From Ginglymostoma cirratum (taxonomy: Eukaryota), in contig JAHRHZ010000065.1 in assembly GCA_024137785.1 (NCBI GenBank), positions 14,547,724 to 14,611,723 of the forward strand: a stretch of DNA of 64,000 bases. Direction: 5' to 3'. Of this stretch, positions 25,652 to 39,534 are shown in pieces; the first letter of the stretch is position 1, and each line of letters opens with the position of its first letter. The notes beneath the pieces were generated by a model. It was given only the letters and a program-made list of their open reading frames with translations, searched no databases and was not told where the DNA came from. A program made the translations under genes and the position numbers.

Positions 25652-26169
25652 CTGAACCAAAAGATGGGGAAAAAGTTACAGCAAAAAGTAGTTGAGTCAT
25701 TTGAAAATTCCATGCAAATTCTTAAGCTCCTAAAATGTCTATAATTTACCATGAGGCCTGTCACCAACATATTTTGATGGAAACACTAAATTGTTGAATT
25801 CAATCTAATTTGACATCTAAAAAGCAGCCAATTCCAATTTACCAGAAGGAAATTGGTTAGTCTTGACCACTAATTTTCTTAAGGTTTGATTTTAACTTGT
25901 ATCAAAAGGGCATGAGGTACAAAGAGGTGATAGCATTGTACCTGTTGCTCAATTCAAACAACCTAAATGGCAAAGAAATTAAGTTTTACAGTTATAATAT
26001 GCATTATGGGGTTGGCCTATGACTAATGGAAATTTCAAGTAGGTTCAACACCAGTGCTGTTCGATTGTAAGGGACTGCCAGGAAAAAAACTGATCCATAT
26101 AAAAGAAAAATAATTTGCAGCATCCAAGTTCCTAATTGGTGAGAAAGAATAGCAAATGTACTATAACTA

Positions 26170-26640
26170 CCGGAAGGGTGTGACTGCACTGGAGAGGATG
26201 CAGGGAGATTTACCAGGATAAACTGTCTCAGTTGGGAGGGGAGACTGGAGGGCTGGGTTTGTTTTCCTTATAGTGGGGGGGGGGGGGTCTGACTGAGGTG
26301 CACAAAATTATGAGAAGCATAGACAGAGCAGAACATGGGATTCCACAATAGATGTTTCTAAGACCAGGGCATAAGTTTAAGGTGTAAAGTAAGTGGTTCG
26401 GAGGAGATTTGAGAAAAAAAAATTCTCCCAAAAGGTGGCAGAAATATAGACTGTGCTACCTGAGGGATGGTACAAGCAGGTACCCTAGCACCATTTAAGA
26501 AGCATCTGGATGAGCACTTAAAATGCCACGGGATAGTAGGGTATGAAATAAGTGAAAAATGGGATTAGTGCAGTTTGATGTTTGTTGATCAGCAGGGAAA
26601 TGGTGGGCCAAAGGGCCTGCTTCTACTCTGCAACTCTATA
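26170..26640 (+). mobile_element. CR1 LINE 3' end fragment (approximate)
   Basis: ctggagaggatgcagggagatttaccagg (LERMQGRFTR-like after a frameshift) and a gggccaaagggcctg 3' tail. Confidence 0.75.
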
Positions 26641-27185
26641 AGGTACATTGTTTGATATGACTTCATCACTAGGAAATATCAGGAAGGCTGGTCATTTGCA
26701 CTCATGCTGGGATTATACCATGTAAAGATAAATCTTTGTTGGTAGTAAGATAAACAAGTTTAAAGAAAATATATTACTTTTAGAATCCTCAAAAGCACCG
26801 TTGAGCAGTCAAATACATTTCATGCATCTAAGCAAAACACTAATCAGGGAATTTTTGGATTTTATTGATGAGATGAAAGAATATCATGCACATTAACAGT
26901 ACATAATTGCCATATATCAATTTGGTCACCAAATTACTTCAATGCAAAATCAATTTTGGAATCATAATTTAAGAAACCTGCACAACTTAATTAAAAGTCT
27001 CAATTGTGCTTAATAAAATAATGGATATGCGTAATTCATCAGGTTTCGCGGTGGTGGTAAATAAAATTTGTTAAACTGTCCAAAATTAAGGGAATCCAAC
27101 TTTTTTCTATACATGTGATTGTGAACCTCTGGAACCTTTTACATTAAGCAGTCTAGGAGAGCGTGATCAGCCAGATCACACTTAC

Positions 27186-27494
27186 CCTTTTAGTTTTAGG
27201 ATACTTGAGGTTGGTTCGATTTGTTTGGGAGGAAATAATAGTTCCCGATGTCGTCTCAACTCCTGGGGTTCCCACGCTTGTCACACCTTCTGCAGCTGTA
27301 GAGTCTGCCACAACAGCTCCTGTTGCTCCCTCCTCAACTGCTACAACTGGCGCTGGTTCTGCCTGGCTGCTTGCTTGTCGTTGTCGACGCAGTCGTTGCG
27401 CTGAACTGGAGCGATAGCGTGAGAACCGATTTTTGGGTCTGGGCTTGGCTGGTTTTGATGCAGGAGGTTTAGCAGGCTTCTCTGGAACTTGTTC
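27186..27494 (-). CDS. SETD5: SETD5 coding exon, 309 nt: EQVPEKPAKPPASKPAKPRPKNRFSRYRSSSAQRLRRQRQ...KYPKTKR
   Basis: tttatag|GAA...AAAAGG|gtaagt. Matches SETD5 [23 protein letters not shown]...KYPKTKK. Confidence 0.94.
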
Positions 27495-27776
27495 CTATAA
27501 ACAAAAAAGTGTTCTTCAGGAAAACAGAATACGTTCTACAAGCTAAAAATTATTCACTGATGAACTTCTCATTGAAATAATCTAAATGGATGAACCAAGA
27601 TAATCTAAGAGGAATTGTACTATCAAACTGAGATTATTGGTAACATACTGAATAGACTATGAATATGATCAGTGATATCAAACCAGAAAAATAATAATAA
27701 AACAGAAGTGGCCTCCAGTCGTATACATTTTTTCAAAATGTGCGACACCCTCTTTCCTTCCCGACAACCTAGCCTT

Positions 27777-27990
27777 GATGTGGAGATGTCGATGTTGGAC
27801 TGGGGTGGACAAAGTCAAAAGTCACATGACACCAGGTTATAGTCCAACAGATTCATTTAAAATCACAAACTTCTGAAGTGCCACTGCTTTGTCAGGTGAA
27901 GTCACTTCCCCTGAGGAGCAGCGCTCTGACAGCTTGTGATTTTAAATAAACCTGTTGGTTACAACTTGGCGTTGTGAGACTTTTAACTTT
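27777..27990. mobile_element. Fold-back PLE-derived element, family C, decayed hammerheads
   Basis: Inverted arms aaagtcaaaagtcac...caacagattcatttaaaatcacaa / ttgtgattttaaataaacctgttg...gacttttaacttt. Core remnant CTGA..GGAGCAGCGCTCT-GACAGCT, AATAAA, ~30-nt left tail. Confidence 0.7.
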
Positions 27991-28135
27991 TTCCTTGTGA
28001 AGCACCTCTCACAAGAAAAGCATAGACCAGTAATGGCCTTTCATCTGATTTATTTCTAACTTACAGTGCTACAGAAAATTAGGAATTAAGCAGAATAGGA
28101 TGGAATGGAGACATTTTCCTAACTGCTTCAATGTA

Positions 28136-28354
28136 GAGTCGGTTCTGATGTAATGTGTGTTTCTTCAACTCGAACTGGCTTTAACGTGATTGAAGAATTT
28201 AGACCGCTATTTGTAGAACACAAACTTTCCTTACCTATATTAGCTATAATGCAATTCCGGCCCCAATAGTTTAAATGGCGCAGTTATTGTGCGATTTTCT
28301 TATAATGCAAGATTGCACGAGAACAGTACTATTACGTTATAACAGGACCAACTA
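28136..28354. mobile_element. Tc1/pogo (Tigger-like) MITE
   Basis: Imperfect ~20-bp TIRs (gagtcggttctgatgtaatg vs revcomp tagttggtcctgttataacg) flanked by TA at 28134-28135 and 28355-28356. Confidence 0.65.
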
Positions 28355-31300
28355 TACTGCACTACTATATCATAATTTAAATGCTGACTTAAGGACAATG
28401 TAGACTTCATTTGTAGACAGTGTAACTTCATTTCTGGGGTATGGATGTGAACCTAGAGAGTAATGGGATTGAACAAGAAAACGCATCAAACTCAGCTGAT
28501 GGTGAACACAAATTCTATTAATTTTAAAAACAGTTTACAATCACACTCAAAAGGCTTTTAAGATGGATGATAGCAAAATAAATACGCACACACATACACA
28601 CACGAGCAAGAATGTCTGCAATGGACATGTCAGCGAGGCTGCCTGCATAAACATCACTCATTCTGAAGAATGTGAAGACAAATTTTCAAATGCTTGAATC
28701 TTTAGTGCTTGAAAAAGACTTCTAATGAATCTTTTAATACTAAAATAACACTAGGATTGGTACTCTTATGTTATCAACTACACTTTCTGAACTGTTCCTG
28801 ATCAGCAAGAAAATGTAAAATACAATTCTTCCTAAAATATGAAGCTTTGAATGTACTGATCTTTCAGCACACCCCCACTGTTCTGTACAAATTTTATTTC
28901 CTTCCATTCCTTATGTATAATGCTAGGCATATTTCCCAACCATTGTCTTTTGAAATGGGAAATGATTACATTTGGCATAATGACTACTTTGTGGCAGACA
29001 GTAAACAATCTCATCATCTTCAACCTGAAACAATTTTTCATAAGTATAATGGCATGTTTTGGTCGGAGTGGGTGTGCGGAGAGGTGGTGGTTGCTACTGA
29101 TGGTACTAAGATGTGAATGAGAGAATCCTGGCTATGTTTTTAGTTGTGTAGTGGCCACACTTTGTTTACTCACTCACATGCCAATCTCACCAGATGTTAC
29201 CAAGAAATCTTTTCACTTTATCTATTCAGTTTCTTTGGTAGACAGAAGGAAACTATGCTTTACTTTCATATATTTTAATATTTCTGCATCAGTACGTACA
29301 ATGATGCCCATGCAAATGATCAAACACACTAACTTCCTGACACTGTGATTAAAAATAAACATTATGATAGAGGGTTTTGATAGTCAGCCATTGTTAGCGA
29401 GAATTTCCCAGCACATTTTTTAGAAACATGTGGCAGCATGGCACCTAATGGCTGATCAATGACACTACACAAATCGATCCATAAGAAAAAAATCTTTAAA
29501 TACGTTCAAATGATCTAGCCTCCGCAACTCTGAGGTAGATATCTCCAAATATGTGCTACCCACTGGAAGGAATTCCTTCACAACTCAGTTTTAAATTAAT
29601 GTCTTCTTAGTCTGTAACTATGTCTCCCACGTTGAGATCTCCACACTTGGAACATGTTGGAACATTTTCTCAACATCTACATGTTATCTTAATTTTTCTT
29701 CCCCAGAATTTCTATATGGAAATGAAGGAACATTAAATACTGAATTTAATTTGTCTATTTTAATAGCAGGAAATACTCATATTTCCAACTCATCATATTT
29801 CAGTGAAAAAGACAGGAATCAAATTTATATTTTCATTTTCTTTCAGATGAACAGCTCAGCATAAAGTCACTCAACGATTGCTTCAACTCATGAAGCTTTT
29901 CTTTTATGTCCATGAGTAAAAAAGGGTGCAAGCAATGTTTTGATTCACTAGTCTGCTTGCAAACCATATATCTCAAAACTCATTGGGTGTATTTCTACGA
30001 AACCTGGCACACAGATAGGGCAAAGCCCAAGGGAGAACAGATGTAAACTTGGATAAAATGTAAACCCAGATCCTGGAATATTTTATTGGATTAACATAAA
30101 ATTAACATTAGGAGGTAGATTTATTGTTTTAGAACGTTGCAGATTATTTCAGCTGTGTATGCATTTGTCCAAAGAGTGAGCAGCTTTTTCAGAGCAGGTT
30201 CCGGATTTGGGCTGATTTGAAGCCTCCCCAGTGAGATGGAAGATCCTAATGAAAATGTTGTTTTTCAGATTTCTGGTTTCAGAGCATCAACAAGGTAGGG
30301 AAAAGCCTCAGGGAAGTGATGTGATTGTAATCACACCCAGTTAACACAGCATGGTAGAGGTACGTACTCTATTTCTTCATTTATTTAAGAAAGTTAATTT
30401 TTTTTTTCTTCTCCTTACACACTTGTTACCAATTTCCAAATCAACTCTCTCAATATACGAAATAGGAGCAGGAGTAGGCCATTCAGTCTTTCAAGCTGGT
30501 TTTGCCATACATTACATTATGGTTGATTTTCTACTTCAATTCTGTTGCCCATACAGTCAAAAAAACCCTGAGTATCCAAAAATCTACTGCGTATTTTCTA
30601 CAGAAAATGGTCCACAGTTGTGCTTCCACAAGCCCCTTGGGTACAGAACTACAAAGATCTTTAACCGTTTAAGTAATCTCTTATTTTAGCCTAAACAGCC
30701 CTGATTCTGAGACAGTTACCCACTATTTCTAGACACCCCAGCAAAGGCAAACATCCTGGCAATATTTACACCATCATGTCATTTTAAGAATTTCATGTGT
30801 TTCAATGAGATTAGCAATCAATTTTTCCAAAATCCAGGGAATGTAATCTCAGCGTACTCTATCTTTCCACCCAGACAATCCTCTTAGCCCAGTGAACTCA
30901 TCGCATGCCCTCCCGCAAAGCCAGGTGTGTGCATAATTTTAGAATGCCCATTCAGAAAGCCTTATATAAATTGTTAGCTAAGGATTTTGAGAAAGTGGTG
31001 GTGTCGTGGTATTCCAGAACCCAGGCTAATGTTCTGGGGTCATGGGCTCAAATCCCAAAAATCTGGAATTAAAAAAACTAACCTAACGGCAGCATTGCTG
31101 ATAGTTGTAAAACCCCATCTGTTTTACTGATGTCCTTTAGTGAAGGAAATCTGCCATCCTTACCTGGTCTGGTCTAAATATGACTCCAGATGTTTAAAAA
31201 TACAATTAATTCTTAATTGACCTTAATATGGCCTAGCAAACCACTCAGGTCAACAACAATTAAGGACCGGCAATAATTAATGGCCTAACCAGTAATAACC

Positions 31301-32668
31301 ACATCCCAGAACCAATGGAACATGGCAAAATAAAATTTCTGCTCCACTCAGCCCTCCTAAAGGCACAACCATATGACAGGTAATAAGCGAAGGCATGAAA
31401 TGAATGCTGTACTGTAACAAGATATCAGTCAGCAGGTAGCTTTTATGATATATGATTTTTCCTCTCTTTCCTGGGAAATGTACCAGGTATCTATTTCAAT
31501 TACCATTTAAAAGGCTCATTTTCACATGTACCACCAAATATCGAGAAATTTTTTAAACAGCCAAAGTTTGAGAACTATAACATAGACTCACGTACCATTA
31601 GAAACTTAAGAGGCTCTCGCCTAAAAAGGTTATATCCATCCTCAGGTGTTTCACTTTAGGGGAGCAATTTCTAAATGGACTACAGATCCAAAGGCAGCAT
31701 CACAGTAGAGAATTTCGAATGGTTTCCATCTAGATTTGACTAATGTTCACATTCAGTGCAACAAGGAAGGTAGTCAAATGTTAAGTTCATCCTCCCAAGT
31801 TAAAAGACACATCAATAGTTAAACTAGTATCGGTATTCTTTTGGCAGATTTATTGTATGTTACTTAAATAACTTGGTTTGTTAGACTACCCAAGTCACTG
31901 ATGCACCACTTCATTTTTGAGAGATTTTAAACAAATGCTGGTTGAACATCATCTGCTACAAACATGACAACTATATTTCTACTTGACATTTCTGGCATGC
32001 CAGTAAAAAGTTTAGAACAGCATTTCAAACACTAACTGGATAACTTATCCAGATGTGAAGCAGATGGCAAGCCTCTCAGGTTGTCTTCCCAATCTAATTT
32101 TATATGCTTATTTTAATAAAATAGGTAACCATGTTTGTAGCTCCATTGTTTGAAAAATGAAAATCATTCTTGACACATCAATGAACTGACACTGGGATAT
32201 TTTCGAGCAGATACTAGCAATCTAAGATGTACAATTACCAAGTACATTGCACATCTAGAAACGTGAACATTTCCTCAACCAATTTCCTTCCCCTAAAGTA
32301 AATACATCTGTAAACAGTACATGTCACAAAAACATGTCACATCAAGGGAGCTTGGAAATGTATTACTGCCTCTCAGTGTGATTTAGACTGACAGAACTAC
32401 CGCTTTACTTCTGCTGGAGAGGGGAAGAGCAAGACCACCTTGCCAGGCCATTTGCAACTGACTAAACTCCAAACAACAAATCATGTTAGCTTGTTCTCTT
32501 CCCAAACTGCAAGTGCCTGAGCAAAGCCCATACACAATGAAGCACAGAACACCACTAAACAATTAGCACCAAAAATTCCTAACTTTCTCCTCTCCATGAT
32601 GCAGCAATAACACTAATAACCATTCTTGTGCTTCTTTGGCCCATTTGCCATTTAAATTCTCTGCTTAC

Positions 32669-32914
32669 CCCTAGCTGTGAAGTTCGCCGTGTGTTTACCC
32701 CTGTAAGCTGTGGTGGTTTTGCCCCATTGGGTGGCGGTTCTTCTGCTGCAGGCTCCAGTTTCACCTCCTCCACATCTGTGGTTGGAGTCTCCGGGTTGAC
32801 ATCGACACCAGGCTGACTAGCACTGCGCTCAACCACCTGTTCACGCCTTCTCTTTCTCTTCTCTAAGTTTTCAAATACCTGCATGATGGCTTCCATCTTC
32901 CGCTGCTCCCGCGA
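32669..32914 (-). CDS. SETD5: SETD5 coding exon, 246 nt: SREQRKMEAIMQVFENLEKRKRRR...GVNTRRTSQLG
   Basis: ttcacag|TCG...CTAGGG|gtaagc, inside ORF 32579..32956. Matches the conserved REDRKVEAIMHAFENLEKR motif. Confidence 0.95.
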
Positions 32915-34880
32915 CTGTGAACAATGAGCGTCAAAGAAAACAAAAAACATAAACAAACCACGCAGAGGATCAAAATCTTACCTTCAACAACTTATTTCCT
33001 CTCCTACCTCCTCATGTGCAAACACAGTGTTCAATTCCTAGGTGTCAAACCATTTGTCTGTATCACCACACTTATAAAATCATAAGCACCCTAGCTTACA
33101 GTATTGCTAGCAAAGTATTCTTTCTACCATCCTTTTCTTGTCAATTTCACTATGTCACTATATTTCTCGGAATCAATTGTAGCTTATTGTGGCTGCAACA
33201 AAAACAAAGTGCACTCAAAAGAAGATAAAAATATTTCTTCCCCCTTCCAACTTGAAACAGCAAGTACACCCACTGAAATACCAGACTTTTTTTTTGTGTT
33301 TGATTGGCCCCAAAGATTGCATATTTCACATTTCAGCCAGTAGAATTTGCCAATTCCAACATACAGCTTTCTAAGGAGTTAAAGCTCTTCTTTCCACGAA
33401 GGTTCAAGAGGCTAACGCGCCATATCCATTTACAGTGGCATTCCCAAGTGGTAACCATGCTATGTTCTGTCCAATCTGGCACTCTCAAGTGGCAAATTCT
33501 CCATGCAGATTAAATTCTCAATACTTCAAAATTTTAAGAGATAAAAGATCCCACCAAATGGTGCCGAAGAATGGATTCTGGACTTTTGTGGGCTCTCTGA
33601 AATTTGTAACCTCGATGAAATCCTGAGACCTTGACAGCTCTCTAGGGTTTATTATGTTTTAATTTATCTAAAATCAAAGATTTTTCACTCGACATGTATA
33701 GCAAAGGTTATGAGCACAACAATGTACATTATTAAGTTTTTAAAGTGGTTGAAGGGGTCAAGTCTGTAAAGATCATATACAGAGGAATAGTCTTCAAACA
33801 AGCATATCTAATAAGGTTGGTTGAAAATGCAGACCTAATATATGGCAGTAAATGGCTGTTGATAGTATCTTACAAAGCTGCACCATTCAAAGATATCAAT
33901 TAAATACAAACTGGGATTAAACAGCAACAGGTTAGTTTATCCAGCTCTGTGCTTTGCAACCTTCTGCACATTTTAAGGGAAAACAATCCCTTAGATCTTG
34001 CATTGGCGGTACAACATGTCACACTGTGGGACTGCAATGTGACCAAGGGGGATTTTAAATATGATACAGGAGCTGGGTTTTCATGTTGTCAAATGACAAA
34101 GTTTTTTTTAAAAATGTATTATTTTTTGATGTAGGAGCAGAAGGCCATTCGGCCCACTGAGTCCACTTTGCCATTCAATGAGATCATGGCTAATCTGCTA
34201 ATCATCAACTCAAATACGATAGATGGACAGGAAAGTTATGTCTATCTAGAAATCTATCTTTCTTGATCTTCACTGTACTTAACAATCCAGATTTGACTGC
34301 TCTCAATGGTAAAGAATTCCACAGATTCACAAAACCTTAAAAGAAGAAAACTGCTCTGTTACCAGATCCAAAACAGCCTGATCCCGGGTTGTATCCACAA
34401 TATATTGTTCTAGGAAACTATCCCAAACACACGCTGTGAATTTTTTCTTGCGTCTACTTCTGCAAATTAATTTTCCTAATCTACATGAGGGTTAAAGTCA
34501 CCCATAATTAGCATAATCATATCAGTATATATAAAAAACTTCTGATGGTGTATCAATCTAGTATTTATTATGTCATGATACCTCAGGTTGAAATTAACAC
34601 ATCTTCATATATACAGACGATGCTTGCCAGAGGCAAATTGTCCCTGCACACCCCAGGACTGAGGTGTGATTGTTAATCTCTCTCTTGAATAGATACAATG
34701 CATGTTTACAAAGGAATTAATAAAGCTTTAATGATCTACACATATCTGGCCGATTATTAATAAGCCTATTTAATACCTTTACCAGTTCAGGAGCAGTAAT
34801 ATGAGTCGACCATAGGGGGCAATTCCCCAGTAGATGCTGATTTCCCAAAGCTGGACAGGAAAAGAAATCAGTTGAGATCT

Positions 34881-35102
34881 AAGAGTGTGAGGCTAGAAAA
34901 GCACAGCAGGTAAGACAGCAGAGGAGCAAGAAAGTCAAAGTTTCGTGCCAAAACCCTTTGTCAGGATGTTTCGGGCCTGATGAAGGGTTTCAGCCCAAAA
35001 TCGTGATTTTCCTGCTCCTCTGATGCTGTCTGACCTGTTGTGCTTTTCCAACCTCATACCTATAGACTCTGGCTTCCAGTATTTGCAGTCCTTATTGTCT
35101 CC
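34881..35102. mobile_element. Older fold-back PLE-derived element related to family A
   Basis: Inverted arms gaaaagcacagcagg...aaaccctttgtcagg / cctgatgaagggtttcagcccaaaa...ctgttgtgcttttcc, with a right-hand tail ending ttgcagtccttattgtctc. Confidence 0.75.
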
Positions 35103-36093
35103 AAGATTTACGTAAAGGTTGGCTAAGTGTATGGTAGCTGTAGGTGGGAATAATGACTGGCATTAGGAAATTAATGAGAATAGAAAATAACTTCATAGAA
35201 TTATACAGCAATGATAGCCAGTTGATCCATTTACCTATGGTAATTAATTAGTTTGATACTCTTGGTTTTGTCCCATTGCTCTATGTTTTTTATTTTAGAA
35301 CGTAATATCCAAGTCTTGATTCAAAGTTACTATTGCATCTGCTTCAAGTACCCTTTTACAAAATGCATTCCAGTCATAACAACATGCTGCATGAGAAATC
35401 TTAAATCTGTGTCCTCTAGATATTGATCCTACAACTTGAACAAACGACTAGTCTCTTCCCTACCTACTAATCAAAATCCAACAATTTATTTTGGCTGCGT
35501 CTTTAAAGGGGAAAAATTGTTTTTTAGATAGGAAATCAGCAACTGAAGAGATCAATTTCTAATTTGAAAACCTGTTTGTCTCTTGATCTATTTCCTATTT
35601 CCAGATTTCCCATATCTGCGGTATTTTACCTTTGAATTAGACAGATCAATTCAGCTAACAATCAGTACAAATGATAAATAATCAAATGAAATGCCTCAAG
35701 ACAGCTACAGCTAAATACAATAACCAAAAGCAGGGAAAAAATGTATCTACCTCTGGAACAGGCAGTCATGTTTCCAATGCATCATCTATTCATGCAGCAG
35801 CAAACATCACTTGCAAACAGCAGCTCAACGTCCCATTGGCAAGATCAGGATGGACCTATTTGCTACAAACCTATTAAACTACACATAGCATGTGTAAAGA
35901 ACAGCAGAACTGGATTATATTAAACATAAGGAGGGATTCTAACCACATTAGTAGCTGCAATTTTTTTCTGGAAGGGGGCAAGCAGGGAGAGAATACAAAG
36001 CAAGTTAAAAACAGCTAGAGTTTAGCAGTAGGATAGTTATGGTTCTGGACTCACATTCCTACAATCACATGTGAAACTTAATACAATAAAATT

Positions 36094-36432
36094 CATAGAA
36101 TCATAGAATTCCTACAGTGTGGGAACAGGCCATTCAACCCAACAAGTCCATATCGACTCTCTGAAGAGCATCCCACCCAAATCCCTACTCTATCGCTGTA
36201 ACCCTGCATTTCCCACGGCTAATCCACCTAACTTATGCATCCCTGAACACTACAGGCAATTTAACATGACCAATCCACTTAACTTGCACATTTTTGGACT
36301 GTGGGAGGAAACCTACGCAGACACAGGGAGAATGTGCAAACTCCACACAGACAGGTGTCCAAGGCTGGAATTGAATCTGGGTCCCTGGCACGGTAAGGCA
36401 GCAGTGCTAACCACTGAGCCACTGTGCCACCC
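36094..36432 (-). mobile_element. HE1-type V-SINE (tRNA head, V domain, CR1-like tail)
   Basis: Revcomp starts ggcacagtggctcagtggttagcactgctgcc (A box), has the V core gagtttgcacattctccctgtgtctgcgt and a (ttctatga) tail. Confidence 0.85.
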
Positions 36433-36639
36433 CCAAGTCTTTCAACTTATGATCTAACATCAAGGGAAAATGATGAAGAAAGCTGTCAAGATCACATCCT
36501 TCAGAAAAGGAATGCAACTCTAATCCAATAATATTTGGCCAATTTTTATTATCTTCTGAAGTAGCCTAATAGACACCCACCACTGTCACAGGACAATTAG
36601 GGATAGATAATTAACAGTGTTCCAGTGTTGCTCACATCT

Positions 36640-36822
36640 AAAAAGGTGAAGTAACCATAGTCCTACTGGATCATAGGGCCACTCTCTCATGACAGAGACA
36701 CGTGACCGATGGTGATTTTAACCCAAGCGTCACCACACCTCAGGCAAAGGAACAGGTTGAGAAGTAGAAAGACACTATTGGCATTACTCTGCAGGCCAGC
36801 CATCCAGCCAACTGAGCTAATA
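36640..36822 (-). mobile_element. Short tRNA-headed SINE; second copy ~42300-42515
   Basis: The two copies share aaggt..ccatagtcc..catagggc..ctct..caccacacctcag. Confidence 0.55.
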
Positions 36823-37616
36823 AATAAAAAACAGAAATGGGGTTACAGGATCGTGTCTGGGTATAGGCTGAGAGGTTCTAGGTCTTCCAATGAGCCACAA
36901 CAGATACATCAGTTATGCTTTGATTGGCATCTAAATCAGTCAATCTGTTTAAATATGTTTGCTTAACTGAATTAAATGCACTAACAACCAGCATTAAAAT
37001 CCATGTTGAAAGTGACATGACAAACTAATCGATCTAGTCAATTTATCACAGTTAGATCCATGTTGTTGGTGTCAACATGGATACAAATCCATATACATCA
37101 GATATTGTTTCAGCTATATAAACACACCCATCAGTTAAGCTCCTGTGCCGATCAGCCACACATATTCAAAAAGACACAGCCTTTTGCTGAAAACTTTTCC
37201 AGTGATGTCAGGGATCATCATGTGTGATTCTCTCAACTGAACTTCCTGTTATTTCTCCTGCTGACACATTGTATTTTCACAGGGAAAACATTCTCTATCC
37301 TTTCTCCAATACATGATAATCTCAACTGTGCAAATCCATATTTCTCTCTGCAAAACACACCCCCTTGTACAAGCACTCTGATCTTTCTTTCCCCATAGCT
37401 GATTATCATCCTACTTAGGAACGTATTATTCCTTCCAATCCTTTGCTCACACGCAGCTTCACAAAACAAACGCACCATTTTCCTGCCTGCGCCTAGTTTG
37501 CCTGCGGTCAAAGTATATTCTGCTGTACTGCGCTGCTAAGTCCACGACATCTGGGTGCATGACTTCTAGCTGCTAAGACATTCCTTGCCTGCACATTATG
37601 ACTGCCTGTCACTTAC

Positions 37617-37709
37617 CAGTTTACTTTGTGCTATTGCACGGAGCTGTTCATCCATTTCTGACTCGTTTTCTTCTTCTACTTTTAATCGATCTCCTTCTCC
37701 AGGCCCTTC
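37617..37709 (-). CDS. SETD5: SETD5 coding exon, 93 nt: EGPGEGDRLKVEEENESEMDEQLRAIAQSKL
   Basis: aaacag|GAA...AAACTG|gtaagt, phase 0/0. Acidic linker at the expected position. Confidence 0.85.
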
Positions 37710-39534
37710 CTGTTTAAAGAAAATGAAGTCAGTGCAGTGAATAGTACTGTACATAAAAGCCTGCACCCCAATTATTATACATTGATATGATGTAGCTCAA
37801 TGTCATCTGTGAAATACAAACTAATACTTTACTGCTCACAATGACATCACTTCTGTCACAGCCCTTCCTTGTGACATCATAAAACAGTTCAACTATCTAC
37901 ATTATTAAACTTTGCCTGAAGCAAGCGCCTGCCCTTTTCATGAATATCTGATATATAAACAAAATAGCACTTTGATGAGCAAGGGTTAACTTTTAAATGT
38001 AATGCTATAAGTTGCAGGCATTCTTTTCAAATGCCAGAAAAAGTGCTTTATGTTGCAAGCTTTTGCGTTATGCACTCTAACCCCAGACATAAATCCACAT
38101 TCTTTGCTATTTTCCTCCACAGGATATATATGTTTACCAGGTATAATTTTGATCAAATTTATTTAACTAATTTCTGAATAATCAATGTGATTACAAAGGT
38201 TTTGTTGTGTTGAGTCCACTCACTGAATAATTAAGTCCACACAGTTCCCAACATTGTTCAAATTGGTATAATTGGAAGTAACTTGTTTTTACTAAAAATG
38301 ATTTACTCTCGAGGCTGATGACCAAGTCAAACATTCTGGAGGTGTTTCAACTTCAAGCAATATCATTATCAGAGATAACCCTTACCGTTGCAACTTTTTT
38401 TTGTAATGGAATGAGATTTGTACAGTATAATGGATCGCAGAAATTTGTTTACAACAGCTAACGATGAGCATATTCTAACACTGCATTTTAGATGCATGAT
38501 AGGACAACAGATATTCAAATAAATTCACAAAGACATGATTGAGTGTGTGTTTTGGGTAACTCAATGTTATTGCAACATCATATTACATTTTCTTCTTTCA
38601 ATGCAAAGGTTTTACTTCCTTTTCATCCAAACATAGAAGGTTGTTGCACTTACAAGCAGGTTCATAAACCAACTAAGGACCACTGTGTTAACACGTATGC
38701 CTCCCAATTAATCTACAACTAAGATCCAGACCAATTCCTCGACTTTGTCCGGAAAGAAAGAGGCGCTTCAAGTCATTTAACAAGAACAGACAGGAAATAT
38801 GCATTCACATCTCGTTTGCAAATTTCCACTTTGAGATCCTACAGAGATGCCTGATGTGTGATACCAAGGTGGTGTTAGCCCATATCTTACTTTCCGACAC
38901 ATGACCTGAATTATAAGAGGCAGCTCTTCATAATAAAAGTGACAGCACATGTATCCACACAGGAGCTATCTTTCTAACAGCCTAGAACTTTGTTGAAGGT
39001 CTTGGAGGGAACTGCCATTCAATCTGAGCTGCTCCACCAAAGTCCCTATCTGTGTGTTATCAATTTCAATAACATACTGTTGTAGTAGAGGAGGATCTGC
39101 ACACTAAATGTATTAAGAGTGAGGGACATACTGAGTGGCAGTGGATTGGACAGAGGAGAAACCTCATCGCATTCACAGGTGCATTTAAAACTTCCTATGG
39201 CAGTGGAAAGTGCAAAGATATCCAACTACTATTAATAAAAACAATTTGATGCTGATTCATAATTTTACTTTCATTCACATACGTATAAGTGACTATGGGT
39301 CTTTGGTACAGGTAATGCCTCTGTCTGAAGGAAGCACTTGAGCTATCTGGTCACACTAGGTTATCCAGTGTCATTCCATAGGTTCAGTTCAAAACAGTTG
39401 TTAAGTTCAAATCACAAGCATATTTTATTCAACCCTGAAACATGATTCTGTGATAATCACATCATACCTAAGCATAAAATGTGTTTTTTTGTGCATTTCT
39501 GATAAAACTTTCACAATATCACTTGCATTACATC

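Noticed and set aside
27163-27417. Plus-strand ORFs over exons (also 633, 19237, 23903, 25280, 32628, 40688, 56074)
   Set aside because: Antisense shadows of SETD5 exons with no independent gene signals.
37150-37225. Possible C/D snoRNA on the minus strand (ATGATGA...CTGA)
   Set aside because: No terminal stem and no recognisable rRNA guide; these short boxes occur by chance.
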